A DNA stretch of 64,000 nt from Octopus sinensis (lineage: Eukaryota). Shown here one piece after another: positions 39,911 to 53,329 of the stretch. Every line of letters begins with the position of its first letter. Positions within the stretch are counted from its first letter, which is position 1. Made by a program: the position numbers and the translations under genes. The notes under the pieces were generated by a model, which saw only the letters and a program-made list of their open reading frames with translations, ran no database searches and had not been told where the DNA came from. Where the stretch lies: positions 57,474,001 to 57,538,000 of the forward strand of contig NC_043013.1 of NCBI RefSeq assembly GCF_006345805.1, read 5' to 3'.

Positions 39911-41499
39911 GTTTCATCGTAAACGTGTGCGTGACAATTATAAAACTACGTCAACATATGTCGTTTTCGCTGTAATGTGAAAAAGAAAATCTTCCTTGAT
40001 CGAACTGATAAAATAAATACCTCCACTGAAATAAGTAAAGGGAGAATATATACGAATTATATATTTCGAAGGTGATGCTCCAGCAATGCCAATGTCAAGT
40101 AATTTAGAATTGCGAATTAATAAATATTAAAACTGTAGTTTTAATATTCATGAGCGCAGCTTTCTGATTATGAATCAGTAAAATTAACTCCTTCGTCTTT
40201 CATCTCACCCTCAGAATGCTTGTTGCATGCCAACTGCGCACAGCGTTTTTGGACCCACAAATATTTCTTTCTTTACACATCTGCTCTGGGGCCCACAATG
40301 CTCTCGTCCGCCTTCCTATATTTAACACCAATAAGTCATATTCACTTCCCACTCGTATTTTTCCTGCAGATGGCGACGTAACGGGTGTTGATAACGATTC
40401 CAATCTGACCAGTCTCAGAGATCTCAAAGAAAACGTGTTTACTTCTACTGCCACATGTACGAATTAGATAATTTATATATCACAATCATTCAAACACGTC
40501 TTTTAGATATTGAAATAGTCTCTATGTGTTGGTTCGAGGATTTTCCTTTCTACACCTTTTGTGGGAGTTATCTCATTAAACCAACGTTGTTTGAATTATG
40601 GCCTTTTTGCAAATGCCACTCCGTTCATAGAGATCTTATCGTATAGAATATTAATCACAACTATCCTGCAAGATTGGGATGAATTCTAACATCCTCTGTG
40701 CAGTGATTTTCTCTGTTTAAGCCCAGAAAATATTCTCACTCCTCAGCATAATGTAGGCATTGATGAATAACGAAAACGACAACAGCAACACCATCAACAT
40801 TACTCGACCCGCTTGAAAAGGCTTCGAAGCCTTTAAAAAATTCACCCTGGCAGCTGGAAAATGGAGACTGCATGAGATAATGTTGTCTTACCTTAATTCT
40901 CAAAAAGAAAACTCGAAATTTTCACTGCTGGAACACTTTTTTCAACAATCTGTATTAGAACTGACCAGAGATCGAATAGAACCAGCAATGACAACAACTA
41001 ACTAAATAACCATAACATTGGAATCTCATTGTTTTGTTAATTGTTTTGTTTTGTCTCTTGTGACACTTTTACTAATCTCACTTATTGGATTACGGTCATA
41101 TTGGAGCAGCGTCTACATAGATGTTAATCAATCCTTTCGACCTCATTCAACAGTCAAACATTTATCTTCGTGATTGGTGTAAGTTATATGTGTATAGTTT
41201 GTGCAGTAGGATGGGCTATACGTATTTCTGTATTGATCTTGTAGTTTGGTGAGAAATTCTATGTGACAGTGATGGGCTCGTTCTTTACTGCCGATTCTTA
41301 ATTTTATTTTCAGTTGTAATTGCTCCTTGTTGCCAGAGTAAGCTTAACTGACGACAAAATGTAATCGTTGTCGTTATTGTATGGTCAATATTACAACCGG
41401 AATCATGGAATTCACCACTTTGACGTTTGCAATCAAATTTTAAATCCCACCGGTCATTAGCAGACTGTTTGTCAGGATTCTGGTCTGTTATTGTGAAGA

Positions 41500-41720
41500 T
41501 GGTTTTCACTGTGTTTCGCAAATATATTACCCATCTAAGTTTAAGAGAATTTAGATTCTCATCCACAAACGAAGAGCTCGATAAATAAATCAACAACATA
41601 AAGCGAACAGCAATCAACAGCAGGTGTGCTAAGGTATTCTAATAGCGTATTAAAGCAAGGGATACAACAATACAGGCCCGAATGTAAAGCAATAAACACA
41701 TCAGACACCACAGCTCTTAA
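41500..41720 (+). mobile_element. Possible PLE RT-thumb relic
   Basis: KYITHLSLREFRFSSTNEELDK*INNIKRTAINSRCAKVF loosely fits the PLE pattern RAFR.CS..E.L..E...IK..A..NGY. Confidence 0.3.
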
Positions 41721-41994
41721 AAATACACAATTCGCACATAAAATGCATTGCATGAAACAAAGGCATACAAACTCCAGAATCATTGAACGCATTATCAAAA
41801 ATTCCATCAACAGAAAATGTATTGCATGCAATCAGAATATTATACTAAAAATATACTTCAGCGACACATGTTTAAAAATATGCATCGAGGAGTTTCTTAC
41901 TCCGTAAATGGAACAAAATAAAAGTGACAATAAATCAACGAATAAGTTATCTAAAGTGTCCTTCGTTTGTTACATGGAATCGTATACTTTGTGT

Positions 41995-41995
41995 G

Positions 41996-42093
<98 letters not shown>

Positions 42094-42146
42094 CCTACCT
42101 ACCTACCTACCTACCTACCTACCTATCTATCTATCTATCTATCTAC

Positions 42147-42178
<32 letters not shown>

Positions 42179-42196
42179 TCTATCTAAATCTCTCTG

Positions 42197-42229
<33 letters not shown>

Positions 42230-42230
42230 G

Positions 42231-42287
<57 letters not shown>

Positions 42288-42300
42288 GTCTGTCTATCTA
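41995..42300. repeat. (TATC)n/(TACC)n array
   Basis: Direct reading. Confidence 0.95.
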
Positions 42301-42323
42301 TGTATATCAATATTTATCTGTTG

Positions 42324-42535
42324 AGGCGGTGAGGTGGCGGGGTCGTTAACATGCCGGATACGATGGTCGGAATCACTTCGTCCGTCTTGACCACCTGAGT
42401 TCAAATTTTACCGAGGTCGACTTTGGTTCACATACCTTAGGGGTCAATAAAATAAGCGCCAGTTGAGCACTGGGGTTGATGTTCTCGACTTACCCCATTC
42501 TTCCAAATTCTTCCAGATGTTCAGAAATTAAAATC
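42324..42535 (+). mobile_element. tRNA-derived SINE, diverged monomer (family targeted by the Tx1)
   Basis: AGGCGGTGAGGTGGC..GAGTTCAAATTTTACCGAGGTCGACTTTGG..GGGGTCAATAAAATAAGCGCCAGTTGAGCACTGGGG. Confidence 0.8.
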
Positions 42536-42544
42536 ACTAACAAA

Positions 42545-43785
42545 AGGAGAGATCTATAAGCATATGTGAGAATTAGAATCTGACATAGTACTAACTATAG
42601 AAATAAAAGCGAAAATTGAGAAATACATCAGAAGGGTGAGAAAATTAATGAATTCGAAATTAGATTCCCCGAATCTGGTGAAGGCTGTAAATACTTGGGC
42701 AGTAATGCTACCTAGATATTCAGCAGCTTTTGAAGATGGGAAAAAATCTGAATTAGCAATCCCAGAAAGAAGAACTAGGACGTGATTCATTATAAATGGA
42801 GGAATTCATCCTAGAACAGGCGTAGCAAGATTTTAAATATGTAGAAAAGAAGGTGGTAGAAAACTGCATAGATTTAGCTGCATTAGATATAGCCTCCTAT
42901 ATCCTATATAGTTAATAGCGAAAGAGTTTATTACGAGCTGCTAGATACCAGTAGGAGATAGAAAGCCAAAGAGCCAAATGAAGTTTAAAAAATAATAAAT
43001 AAAGATTATCTTACTGGTAAGGGAAGCTTTTGCATGCTAGATTTCCAAAGATTGTTGCAGGAAATCGTAATAATGAGACATGGGTACGGTTGCAGAAAGG
43101 AAGGACGTAAAGAGAGAAACAAAATTTGCAAGTAGCACCACAGCATCAAGCGACGAATTGGATAACAGCCGAGATAGGAAAAAAACACGATGTAGGTTAT
43201 GTAAATAAAAAAAACATCAATTGTGCGATAAGAGAAAAGGCAAGAATGAAATTCAAAGACAGCATGCTAAACAGATTGAAGAGAAACCTTTAGGTGACCA
43301 CACCGTGTATGTATGCAGAAGAAAATCCTGGGATTCCTTAAAAAAGGTAATTGAATACAAGAAATACAGTTTCTTATTGTAGCAGCACACGTTCAAGCAT
43401 TAAAAACAAACAAACAAGATGAAAAAATATGTGTATGGGGAAAAGGCATCAGCAAAATTTAAAGTATTTTGAATCTGGGATGAAACACTGGCACACATTG
43501 TTGCAAGATGCCTCATGTTATGCTACAAAGAATATAAAAAATAGAGACATGATTAAGTTGTGAAAGTGTCACCAGGAAAGCGTTGTCAGAAATAGAGATT
43601 TGAAGTTGAAAGTACATGGTATAATCAGTGAAAGAGTGCTGGAGTCTGGGAAATGCAAAATTTTATGAGATTTTCCTGTTCGAACGGATAAGAATCTAGA
43701 ATTAATAAAGCAGACTTAACGATAATGCATGATGAAAAGCGAAGTTGCTTCCTAATTGATTCATCATGTTCGTTTGTGTACCGTT
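42545..43785 (+). mobile_element. R4/Dong-clade (RLE) LINE 3' fragments, two overlapping-homology pieces
   Basis: YIRRVRKLMNSKLDSPNLVKAVNTWAV, GGIHPRTGVAR..RKEGGR, TWVRLQKG..CRLC; second piece VAAHVQALKTN, ETLAHIVARC, RHD, KCKIL*DF, ADLTIMHDEKRSCFLID (PD..D endonuclease). Many stops and frameshifts. Confidence 0.8.
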
Positions 43786-43843
43786 ATCTGAAGAGGTCTC
43801 ATCAGAACGAAAAGTGTTCTCTCCTACTTGGTAACATGATTAA

Positions 43844-44236
43844 AATAATCCTTTCTACTATAGACACAAGGCCTGAAATTCTGAGGGAGCGGACTAATCG
43901 ATTACGTCGACTCCAGTGTTTCACTGGTACTTAATTTATCGACCTGAAACGATGAAACGCAAATGCACCTCGGCGGAATTTGAACACAGAATATAATAAC
44001 AGACGAAATACCTATTTCTTTACTACCCACAAGGGGCTAAACACAGAGGGTACAAACAAGGACAGACAAATGGATTAAGTTGATTATATCAACCCAAGTG
44101 CGTAACTGGTACTTATGTAATCGACCCCGAAAGGATGAAAGGCAAAGTTAACCTCGGCGGAATTCGAACTCAGAACGTTGCGGCAGACGAAATACGGCTA
44201 CGCATTTCGCCCAGTGTGCTAACGATTCTGCCAGCT
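43844..44236 (-). mobile_element. Composite (dimeric) SINE with internal Tx1-like tail, no LINE
   Basis: Head 44236-44196, 184-bp unit 44195-44012 ending TGTACCCTCTGTGTTTAGCCCCTTGTGGGTAGTAAAGAAATAG, then GTATTTCGTC restarts the host body 44011-43844. Confidence 0.9.
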
Positions 44237-45536
44237 TTCCCCGTGAAACATGACAAAATAATAACAGACCATTTTTTCGTCGCCACTTAAAATACTATTA
44301 CTGTGAACACCTATTCTTACTGCTTTAACTATTATTTTCATGAGAACGGCAACTTTAAATAAACAATAACAACAACAACAATAAATGTAATATAATTTAG
44401 TATTCTTCTGTGAAATATTATCCTTCATATAATTAATTCAGTTTGATGCTAACTTTCTGACAAGACGACCGCATTTTTATCCTCCTTCGACAATAAATTA
44501 ATTTTTTGCTAATTGTTCTGTAATTTTTAGTTATGGAATTTACTACCCAATCTTATATAAATATTTAACAGTTTCAGTCTTCTGTTTGCAAAATACACAT
44601 TATCCTACATTTGCCACGTCTATTTTTAACATTTTAAAGCGTTTTAAAATGCAAGATCATTAACTTTAGCTAATGTTACTATGTGAACATATATTCGAGT
44701 GAAGGGAAACAGAGTTTATGTTAATGGCCCTTCTATGCCCACTTATCTTAAGTACTTCTCATGTTAAACTGGAGACTGCTAAGGGATCTAAATATTTTAT
44801 TTACTCTTAGAATTGATATGGCGTTCTTATAATATCTTTGTTTGTACATTAGCATTTTAGCTGCTGGTATTAAAATAGCTGCTTGTTTTTCCAGACAGTT
44901 TTAAGGTGTTTTCTGTGTAGAGAGATAATGTTATTATTTGCTTCTCATTGAACTTCGTTTCCTATTAAGTGATTATTCACGTTTAGTGCAACTAAAACAA
45001 ATTTTATTGCTTCTATTATCGTGAATTTCAGAGAGTTCAAATGTAAAAATAGAAGCTGAAACGTATTTTAACGTGTAGTTTGTAGACACAACATCGTAAC
45101 TGTTAAATATTTATATATAATAGGTCAGTGAAGGTGTTTGAATTAAAAAAAGAACATGACTAAATATGCACCGACTTTTAGTTTCACATCTCCGCCTCCA
45201 TCACGAGGTTCAAATCCCACTAAAATTAGGTAATTGTAATCGATCTGAGATATTGATAATTCAAAAAGATGTTTTATATCAACTGAAATATAATTTCATT
45301 AAATTCTCTGATCAAAAAATGATGGAACTGAACCAAAAAGGATACGTGTTCTTGGTCGCTAGCCTTCCTACAAACAACAGACAGCACCTTACCAATAATG
45401 CTATGAACGACTGGCACTCGCATGTACTGATAAACAAAACTATTCAGGCATGGGTTCCACTCCGGTCAAAAGAGAGACACAAATGATTTTATTAACCGAA
45501 TCCCTTTATGGAGGTCAAATGATTTTTTATAAACGT

Positions 45537-45589
<53 letters not shown>

Positions 45590-45669
45590 AACTTTTTTTT
45601 ACTAATATAGACATTTCGAAAGCTACATTCTATATCCTATAGAGGAACCCGTTTGCCTAATACACACAC

Positions 45670-45750
<81 letters not shown>

Positions 45751-45752
45751 AT

Positions 45753-45917
45753 ATATTTTCCCTTCCTTGTATCTTTCCTATGTTTCTGACGAAGAGCACT
45801 GCTCGAAACGTTAAATGCTCTTTCTTTCCTTTCCTGAGCGTCCAATAACACTATACTTGTTCCACGTCCTCACGTTGTTGTGGTTTCTCTTTGTGTTTTC
45901 GTGTTTGGATTAACTTT
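45753..45917 (+). mobile_element. PLE pseudo-LTR 3' fragment with minimal hammerhead
   Basis: TGTTT-CTGACGA(45786-45792)-A-GAGC-ACT-GCTC-GAAAC-GTT-AAATG. The fragment ends in (TA)n. Confidence 0.7.
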
Positions 45918-45975
45918 ATATATATATATATATATATATACATATAGATATATATATACGGGTGTGTGTGATTGT

Positions 45976-48857
45976 GTATATATGTATATATTAATAAAAG
46001 GAATTCCAACCTTGTCTGATCTTCACGTTTTATTTACAATCTTATAGTGATATAATATAAGATAATATAATAGAATAGAATAAAATAAAATAGTAGAATG
46101 TTAAATGTTCATTCTGATTGAACTAGTACTTTCATGCATTAAATTATGCAATCTTCATGTTCATGTAGTAGTGGTGACAGTCATGCTTCCCAACTTTTTA
46201 CTGTAGCGAGATGGTTAAATCTGTGCCTTAAATACACCCGTGAGGGCTCCAGATTGCTAGGTTTTGCAAACTGTATTCTGACCAATCAGTGTGTAGCATC
46301 ACTCAATAATTAAGCTGATTGGTTGGTTTAGGCGTCACGCTTTGTTGAACATGTCAAGAGTCCTGTATCTTAACCCTGGCCGAGGCAGCAATTGTTGGGC
46401 TATTTTTAGAAATGTTGTAAATAGCCTTTGTCAGGGATTTTTATATTTCAATTGTCATCATCATCATTGTCAGCACCTTAATTATTGTTGCTAGTGGTGA
46501 TGGTGTTGGCAATAGAACTTTTAACCCTAAATAAGATAATTTTCTTGCTATCTTCATCTTGATCACCTTTAGTATTGTTGTTGTTTTTAGTGGTCATGGT
46601 CGTAGCAGTAGAAGTAGTACCTCTAAGTATTATTATTATTGCTTAGTTAGCTTGGGTTCGAATTTATCAATAAAATTCTTTTCTCTGATTTTCCTCTCGA
46701 TTTCACTTGGGCTGTGTCATTTGTAGAATGGAAATATTATATATATTTTCCGACCACATGTTGCTAGGTGGTTACTCAAAGGTATCTGACGGACCTCTGG
46801 GTCTCTAATCTGTTGTCGGTGTACACGTGAGCGTTCTGATAGTGTATTTCTCGTCTGACCTACATATATTTCTTCACAATTTGGGCATTTGTGCAGTAAA
46901 GTAAATTTCTGCTTTTGCAGTTCATATTCGCGTTTGTGAATATTTTCCCGGTTTTTGTGTTTATATATTGGCCGGCATGTATGAATTGGCATGTGCCACA
47001 CCGGCTTTCATTGCATTTAGATACAGTGAATGTTTGGTCTTTGTTGCTAAGGTCAAATTTTGCCTTTGTTAGTAATTTTTTCAAGTTTTGGGGCTGTCTT
47101 TTACTAAGAACCATAGCTCGTTCCGTGATTATATCTTTTAATTCATTACTTTGAGCAATGGGTTGTAGGTTTGCTTTGGCAATGTTGAAGATATTCTGGT
47201 GACATGAGTTGTGTGTCACTATGAATGGTATGACTTGTTCTTGTTTTCCTCTTCCTTGGGTTGTCCTAAGTTGTTGTATGGGTATTTTTATAGCCCGTTG
47301 TATGCCATTTTCTATAAGTAGAGATGGGTATTTTTGTTTGAGAAAAAATTCTCTTAGTTCTGTTAAATGGTGGTGTCCTTTTTAATTACCATTATATCTA
47401 GGAATGGTAATTTGGTACTACTCATCTCCTTTGTAAATTGGAGAGATGGGTGTAGGTTGTTCAGGAGGATATTGAAGTCTTCCAGAGTATTTAGAGATTC
47501 TGTCCAGATTATGAAGCAGTCGTCAAGGTATCTCTTCCATGCCTTTTCAATATACTTTCTAAATCCAGTGCCATAGTTTACCTCCACCTCTTGGTAGAGT
47601 TGTTGTTCTAAGTATCCCATTACAGAGTTGGCGTAAACGGGAGCAAACCTCGTTCCCATCGCCGTGCCTCTAATTTGGATGTAATTATTTCCATTGAAGA
47701 AGAATGTGTTGTTTTCTTGAATAAGTTTGACTGTGTCTAATATAAATGGCACTGTGAATCTGCCGGGAATCATTTTTCTATGTTTTTCTAACCAGTATTT
47801 AATCGCCTTTATTCCTAAATCGTGTGGAATATTGGTGTAGAGGCTTACCACATCAAAACTTAGTAAAACTGAATTTGTTTCTGTTGTTTTGGGAAGATGG
47901 GACAGGAAGTCGATGTCATCCCTGATGAAACTGGGTATGTAAGTACATAGTGGTTTCAAAACAATGTCAATAAAATTGCTTAGACGGTGGATAGGGCATG
48001 CTGGACCAGCTATGTTTTCGGTATTTTGGATGTAGTAATTTTATGTACTCACTTCCTTGTTATTTTACTGCATGTTGAATATCTTTTGATTTATATATTT
48101 TCGGTAAGCCGTAGAAGTTGCTGGGTTTTGGTTCGAAATTGGTGATGTAGTCTCTTTCATTATCGGTAAGTGAGTTGTAGTGTTTTGAAATCAGGTTGTT
48201 CATCTTTTTCATGATGAGTGGTCTATATTTGAGGGTATTTCACAATAGAAGGTTGTGTCCTTCAGTTGGTCCTCAACCAAATCCTTATAGTATTCGGTAT
48301 CCATAATAACAATTGCACCACCTTTATCTGCTTGTTTAATTATTATTGTTTGATCGTTTTGTATACGTTTACATGCAGACATCTCTGATTTGTTAATGTT
48401 TGGCCTAACATTGGTATTGCGTCTAAGGGGAAATTTAGACAGGATATCAATGTATTGATCAAGGTAGTTATTTCTTCCTTTTGGTGGGGTGAAATTTGAT
48501 TTATTCCTTACTAGGGATTCATCAATCACATTACTTTTGTTAGCGAAGAATATCACCACAGATATATACTATAAAAACACAGACACACATCAACACCTGA
48601 ATTTAACCATCTCGCTACAGTCAAAAATTGGGAAGCATGACTGCCACCACTACTACATAAACCTGAAGATTGCATAATTTAATGCATGAATGTACTAGTT
48701 CAATCAGAATGAACATTTAACATTCTACTATTTTATTTCATTCTATTATATTATATTATATTATAGTATATTATATTATATCATTATAAGATTGTAAATA
48801 AAACGTGAAAATCAGACAAGGTTGGAATTCCTTTTATTAATATATACATATATATAC
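45976..48857 (-). mobile_element. Penelope-like element (Neptune-like), rearranged, with inverted pseudo-LTR ends
   Basis: QADKGGAIV; RT SFDVVSLYTNIP, RGTAMGTRFAP, RYLDDCF, LPFLDI; Cys linker KCNESRCGTC; GIY-YIG-type CPNCEEIYVGQT..LSERSRVH. Inverted repeats of about 250 bp at 45976-46220 / 48601-48857. Confidence 0.92.
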
Positions 48858-49329
48858 GTGTGTGTGTGAATTCTCTTCAGTGCTACTTCTCTTCACCCCT
48901 ACTCTCTTTCCCTCTTCTCTCTTACTCTCTTTCTCTCTTCTGTCCTCCTCTCTCTCCTCACATACCCACCTTCTCCTCCCCCATAAACCTGCCCACCCCT
49001 ACACATCCCTACTCCACCTTCCCTATCCTTCCCCTCCTCCCCTTCTATCCCACACCCTTTCCCCCACATACCCCACCTTCTGCCTACCCACAAACCCCAA
49101 CTCTACTCCAACACCCAGCCGAACCCATACCCCACTCATGCTTTCCCCTCTCTCGCCTCCCCCACCTCCCCACAACATCACACCACACCACACTACACTA
49201 TACAACATTACACATCACATCACTACACACCACCCACACACCCTTCCCACATCTTCACACCTACACATACATACACGCACACGTCCAGACCACCAACCTT
49301 CTTTCACACGCACTACATACACACACGCA

Positions 49330-49611
49330 CCTTTGTGTTAGGGGGAGGTCATCTTTACCTTGTTATCTCCCCTACTTTCCTTCCTGTGTTTGACCCTTCT
49401 GTCCGGCGCTAGTGGCCATAATAGATCGTTAGCCACAACACACATTTTTTCTCTCCTTGTTTCTCTCCTTGTTTTTTCTGTGTCCCTTTCTCTAGAAGAG
49501 CGTAGGCTCGAAACGTAAAAGACTTTTTCTACTCCTGAGCGTTATACTAATATATCTGTTTGTTTTGTACACCACCTGTTTTCGTCTTTTGTTTTTTTCG
49601 TAAACTCTCCC
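49330..49611 (+). mobile_element. PLE pseudo-LTR fragment (same family as 4673-4852)
   Basis: CTTT-CTCTAGA-A-GAGC-GTAG-GCTC-GAAAC-GTA-AAAG hammerhead fold with a mutated core. The fragment ends in (TA)n. Confidence 0.65.
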
Positions 49612-50209
49612 TATATATATATATATATATAAATATATATATATATACATATATATACATATATATAAAATCCTTTGGTCAGCCTCAGCACACGTGTGAA
49701 CTGTTCTCCACTACAGCTTATAGTGGTAACCAGTTCCTATAGCTAATAGTAATAAGTCTACTACTAATATAGGATGAAGTTTTTTTACAGAAAAAAATTC
49801 CATAAATAAGATACATACTTATATGTACTCATGATTTTTGCTTCGGCTTTCTTTCCATGGGCGCATGTAAGTATCTTATTTATGTCTTTTCGTATTTTCT
49901 ACTGAAGAGGAAAAAAATCTATTATGAGATAAATTCCGAAATTGATTCAATATAGATATAACGAACTTTTAAAAAAAATTCTATAGGCTGGCTTTCCTCG
50001 ATTTCAGCTCTTCGTGTTTTCTGTAGCGAGTAAATAATATGTGGAAATTGACGATTTAAAAGTTTGTTATCAGCATATTGGCATAGAAATAATTTTCTTT
50101 AGCCCTTATTTATAAGTTATTTATAATTTTAACCTTAAAGGTATTTTAATATGCTGCCACATTTTTTGATGGATTTTTTTTTGTAAAAACACTTCATACT
50201 ATATTAGTA

Positions 50210-50269
<60 letters not shown>

Positions 50270-51302
50270 AGTTTGAAAACGCCACTATATAAGATAAATT
50301 TTCATTTTCTTAGAAATTTTACATGTTTCGGTTCTTCTTCAAAAAACGAACCGTATCAAAATTATTTTTAAAAGTTAAGTGTAATAAAAATGTTCATAAT
50401 AAAAAAGTTCATATATATATATACATATTTGTATATATACATGTACACACGGTCACCGACACAGAAACATTCACACACATATTTACACTCACACATACAA
50501 AACGCTTGCGCGCATAGACACACATACACACATGCCCGCGCGCATGTTATATTTTCCTGTAATTGTATTTCTTGTTTGGTTCAGCATTAATAAGAGCAAG
50601 AAGCAGTATTCAGTCCTGCTACCACCATAAAAGCCCGCAACCAGCCACCACCACCATTTAATTCTCATCTGTTATCTGAAAGAAACGTCATCACCATTTT
50701 CACCACCATTTTAACACCAAATCACAGCCGACCAAGAAGAAAAAGAAGAACGAAGAGGAAGTGGAAGATGAAGACAAACCAGAAGAATAAGAAAAACAGC
50801 AACAATAGCAGCAGCAGCAGCAGCCGCAGCAGTAGCAACTACGCTCTCTCTTGTTCTGGTATCCTGCAACAGGAAATGTGCAGACATAACTGTGCGGCTG
50901 TAACTTGGCTGCAGTAAATGTGCAGACGCTACGTTTTATTCTGCTGTAAAAGTGCAGAGGAATCTCTATTGCTTTTGCTCCTAATAAATCATGGAATTAA
51001 CCAGAATGAATATTTCTTTGATTTCAGTCTTTTTTTTCTTTTTAGTTTTTGTATTTTCCATGGGATGATAACTTTCCTCTCCAGCAATCAATGAAGAAAA
51101 TCCCTTTGAAAATGGCAGCTAAATAAGATCTCACCTAAACCTCAACATTGTGACTCTCCGCGCCGCACCCCATAAAACTACCCGCACCCTCACAAACACG
51201 TGTATAGACAGTTCTTCATCTTATTTCTTTTGTATTTTCTGCTTTTGTTTTGAAGATTATTTCTCAAAGACAGCGAGAAAGCGAGAGAGGGAGCGAGAAA
51301 GA

Positions 51303-51352
<50 letters not shown>

Positions 51353-52914
51353 GTGAAAGAGGAAGACCATTTCCACAGATGTCTGCTTTAAGACACATTC
51401 AGTAGACAAGCTTCATAAACAGCTATACGCCAATCATCTTCCACACGACAGACCATTCTTATGACTGACATAAAACACCAATCTTATTACACACTATACA
51501 CACACACACACACACACACGCACACACACACATGCACACACACACACATACACACTCATGCACGCACATACATAGATAGACATATATGTTACACAGCAAT
51601 TTTCTTTCTTTATCATTTCTTCTCTGCCTCTCACCATCTTGCACTACGTTCTTTTTCTTTTTTATCTCCATTCCATCTTTCTCCACATCCCCCTTTTACT
51701 CTCCCTTATCCCTTTCTCATAAGTACGACCACATGGTGATGCCATAGAACAGTTATTTGAGCCACGAGTCACGTGTCACTATTTACTTCCGATTCAAGTA
51801 GAAGAAACCTTTACCCATTAGAAGGTCACAACGAGACTCAGACAGAGATCATATTTTTACAGTCTACTGTCGTCTGGGCTCTCGTAGCTAATTCACCGGA
51901 AGCTCTATTATTCATCATCTTGACAGCAGACACTAGAGATTATAAATGAAGAGGAAAGACATTAATATCTCGTGTTCCAAAATCCAAAGTTAGCTCCCAG
52001 TTTCAAATTGAAGTGACTTCTCTTTTCACTTCCAGTCTAAAACGACGACAATAGCAACAATGTTTTATTGATTCATATACCCAGGTAAAGGCTTTTTTTT
52101 CCAGAAATACCCAAAAGAGGAGGAGACAATTAACCGCATCAGACAGATTACTACTTCCTACGGATGGCTCATCGCGTATTTTTAAACAACCATCTCAGCA
52201 TCCAAACCACGTTTAGTATTCCAGCCTGTTTCACTACACACATATATTCGAAGGAGACCTGAACAACATACAGTTGATATGTGTTAGTATCCCTACAAGA
52301 GGCTTATCACAAACTTTCAAACAACACCGGCAGCATTGAATCCACACTGCACGCGTATCAGATCAGCTGGGGTACAGTGATTGAGAGCATGTATGCTTTC
52401 TTCGTAGAAGCGTTCGCAAACAGCTACATTATGGTCACTAAGAGGTTGAAAGATAAATAAGGAGAAGAGTAGGCTAGCAATTAAACATTTATATCAAACA
52501 AACATCGAAATGGAGAAGCGTAACTAAGGGAGACGGGCCGTTCACCCCTGGGCGACGCCTTTACGGGCGTAGCACTTGTAGTTTTGCTGTATAACACTGT
52601 AGCTTGTAGGGAGCAGGAAATTGACAATCACAAGAGTTCTCAGGGTCGCATACAGTCTCGCTACACTACTGTCTGTACCACAATCATTTTGAGTCTCACA
52701 ACAAGGAAATGAAGAACCAGACGAAGAGAACACCTTTCCACGAGTGTCAACTGAATGTCTGCCATCTCACCACAACACGCAAACGTCTGTAGATCTAAAT
52801 TGTAAAGAACCTGATGAAGATAGCGAAGAAAGTGGCAAAGAAACGAAGACTAAACTTGCTGTTATAGCATTGCTCATCGTTAGTTACCACAAATAGTACC
52901 TTGACGTGTACAGT

Positions 52915-53265
52915 TGTGGCTAACATTTTATCTATTCTGCACTTCATATAACTGGTCCTTAACGCATGTTCCTCAGCTGCGCATACGAGTGCTTCTGTCT
53001 ATCTTCAGGTCACTCCTCTTCATCCTGTCCTCTGTATCTGTCTTGACGTTCACATCACTCGCAAATTGACCGTACATTTTCTTTACCTTCCATGCTTTTT
53101 CTTTTTCTTTTGTCCATTTCTTGTTTAAATTTTTCGTTAGTTACACAATTTTCAGCTTTCTTCGTGTGTTTCAACAGTGGCTCCACTGCATTTTTATATA
53201 CCACCTTAGGCTCTTTTCCTTTGTTCCAACAGTGGTGCCACTGCATTTATTTGTGTAGCACCCTA
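52915..53265 (-). mobile_element. R4/Dong-clade LINE fragment
   Basis: WKVKKMYGQFASDV .. MKRSDLKI .. TEALVCAAEEHALRTSYMKCRID; homologous to the region at 43.0-43.5 kb. Confidence 0.7.
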
Positions 53266-53268
53266 GGC

Positions 53269-53329
<61 letters not shown>

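Noticed and set aside
40200-40467. GC-richer segment with overlapping ORFs and a TTTTCCTGCAG acceptor
   Set aside because: No identifiable protein similarity, so it cannot be distinguished from an old repeat.
52600-52890. Acidic open frame (EEPDEENTF..EPDEDSEESGKE) containing CTGATGAAG
   Set aside because: No start or splice support, and no stem II or stem III that would make a hammerhead.
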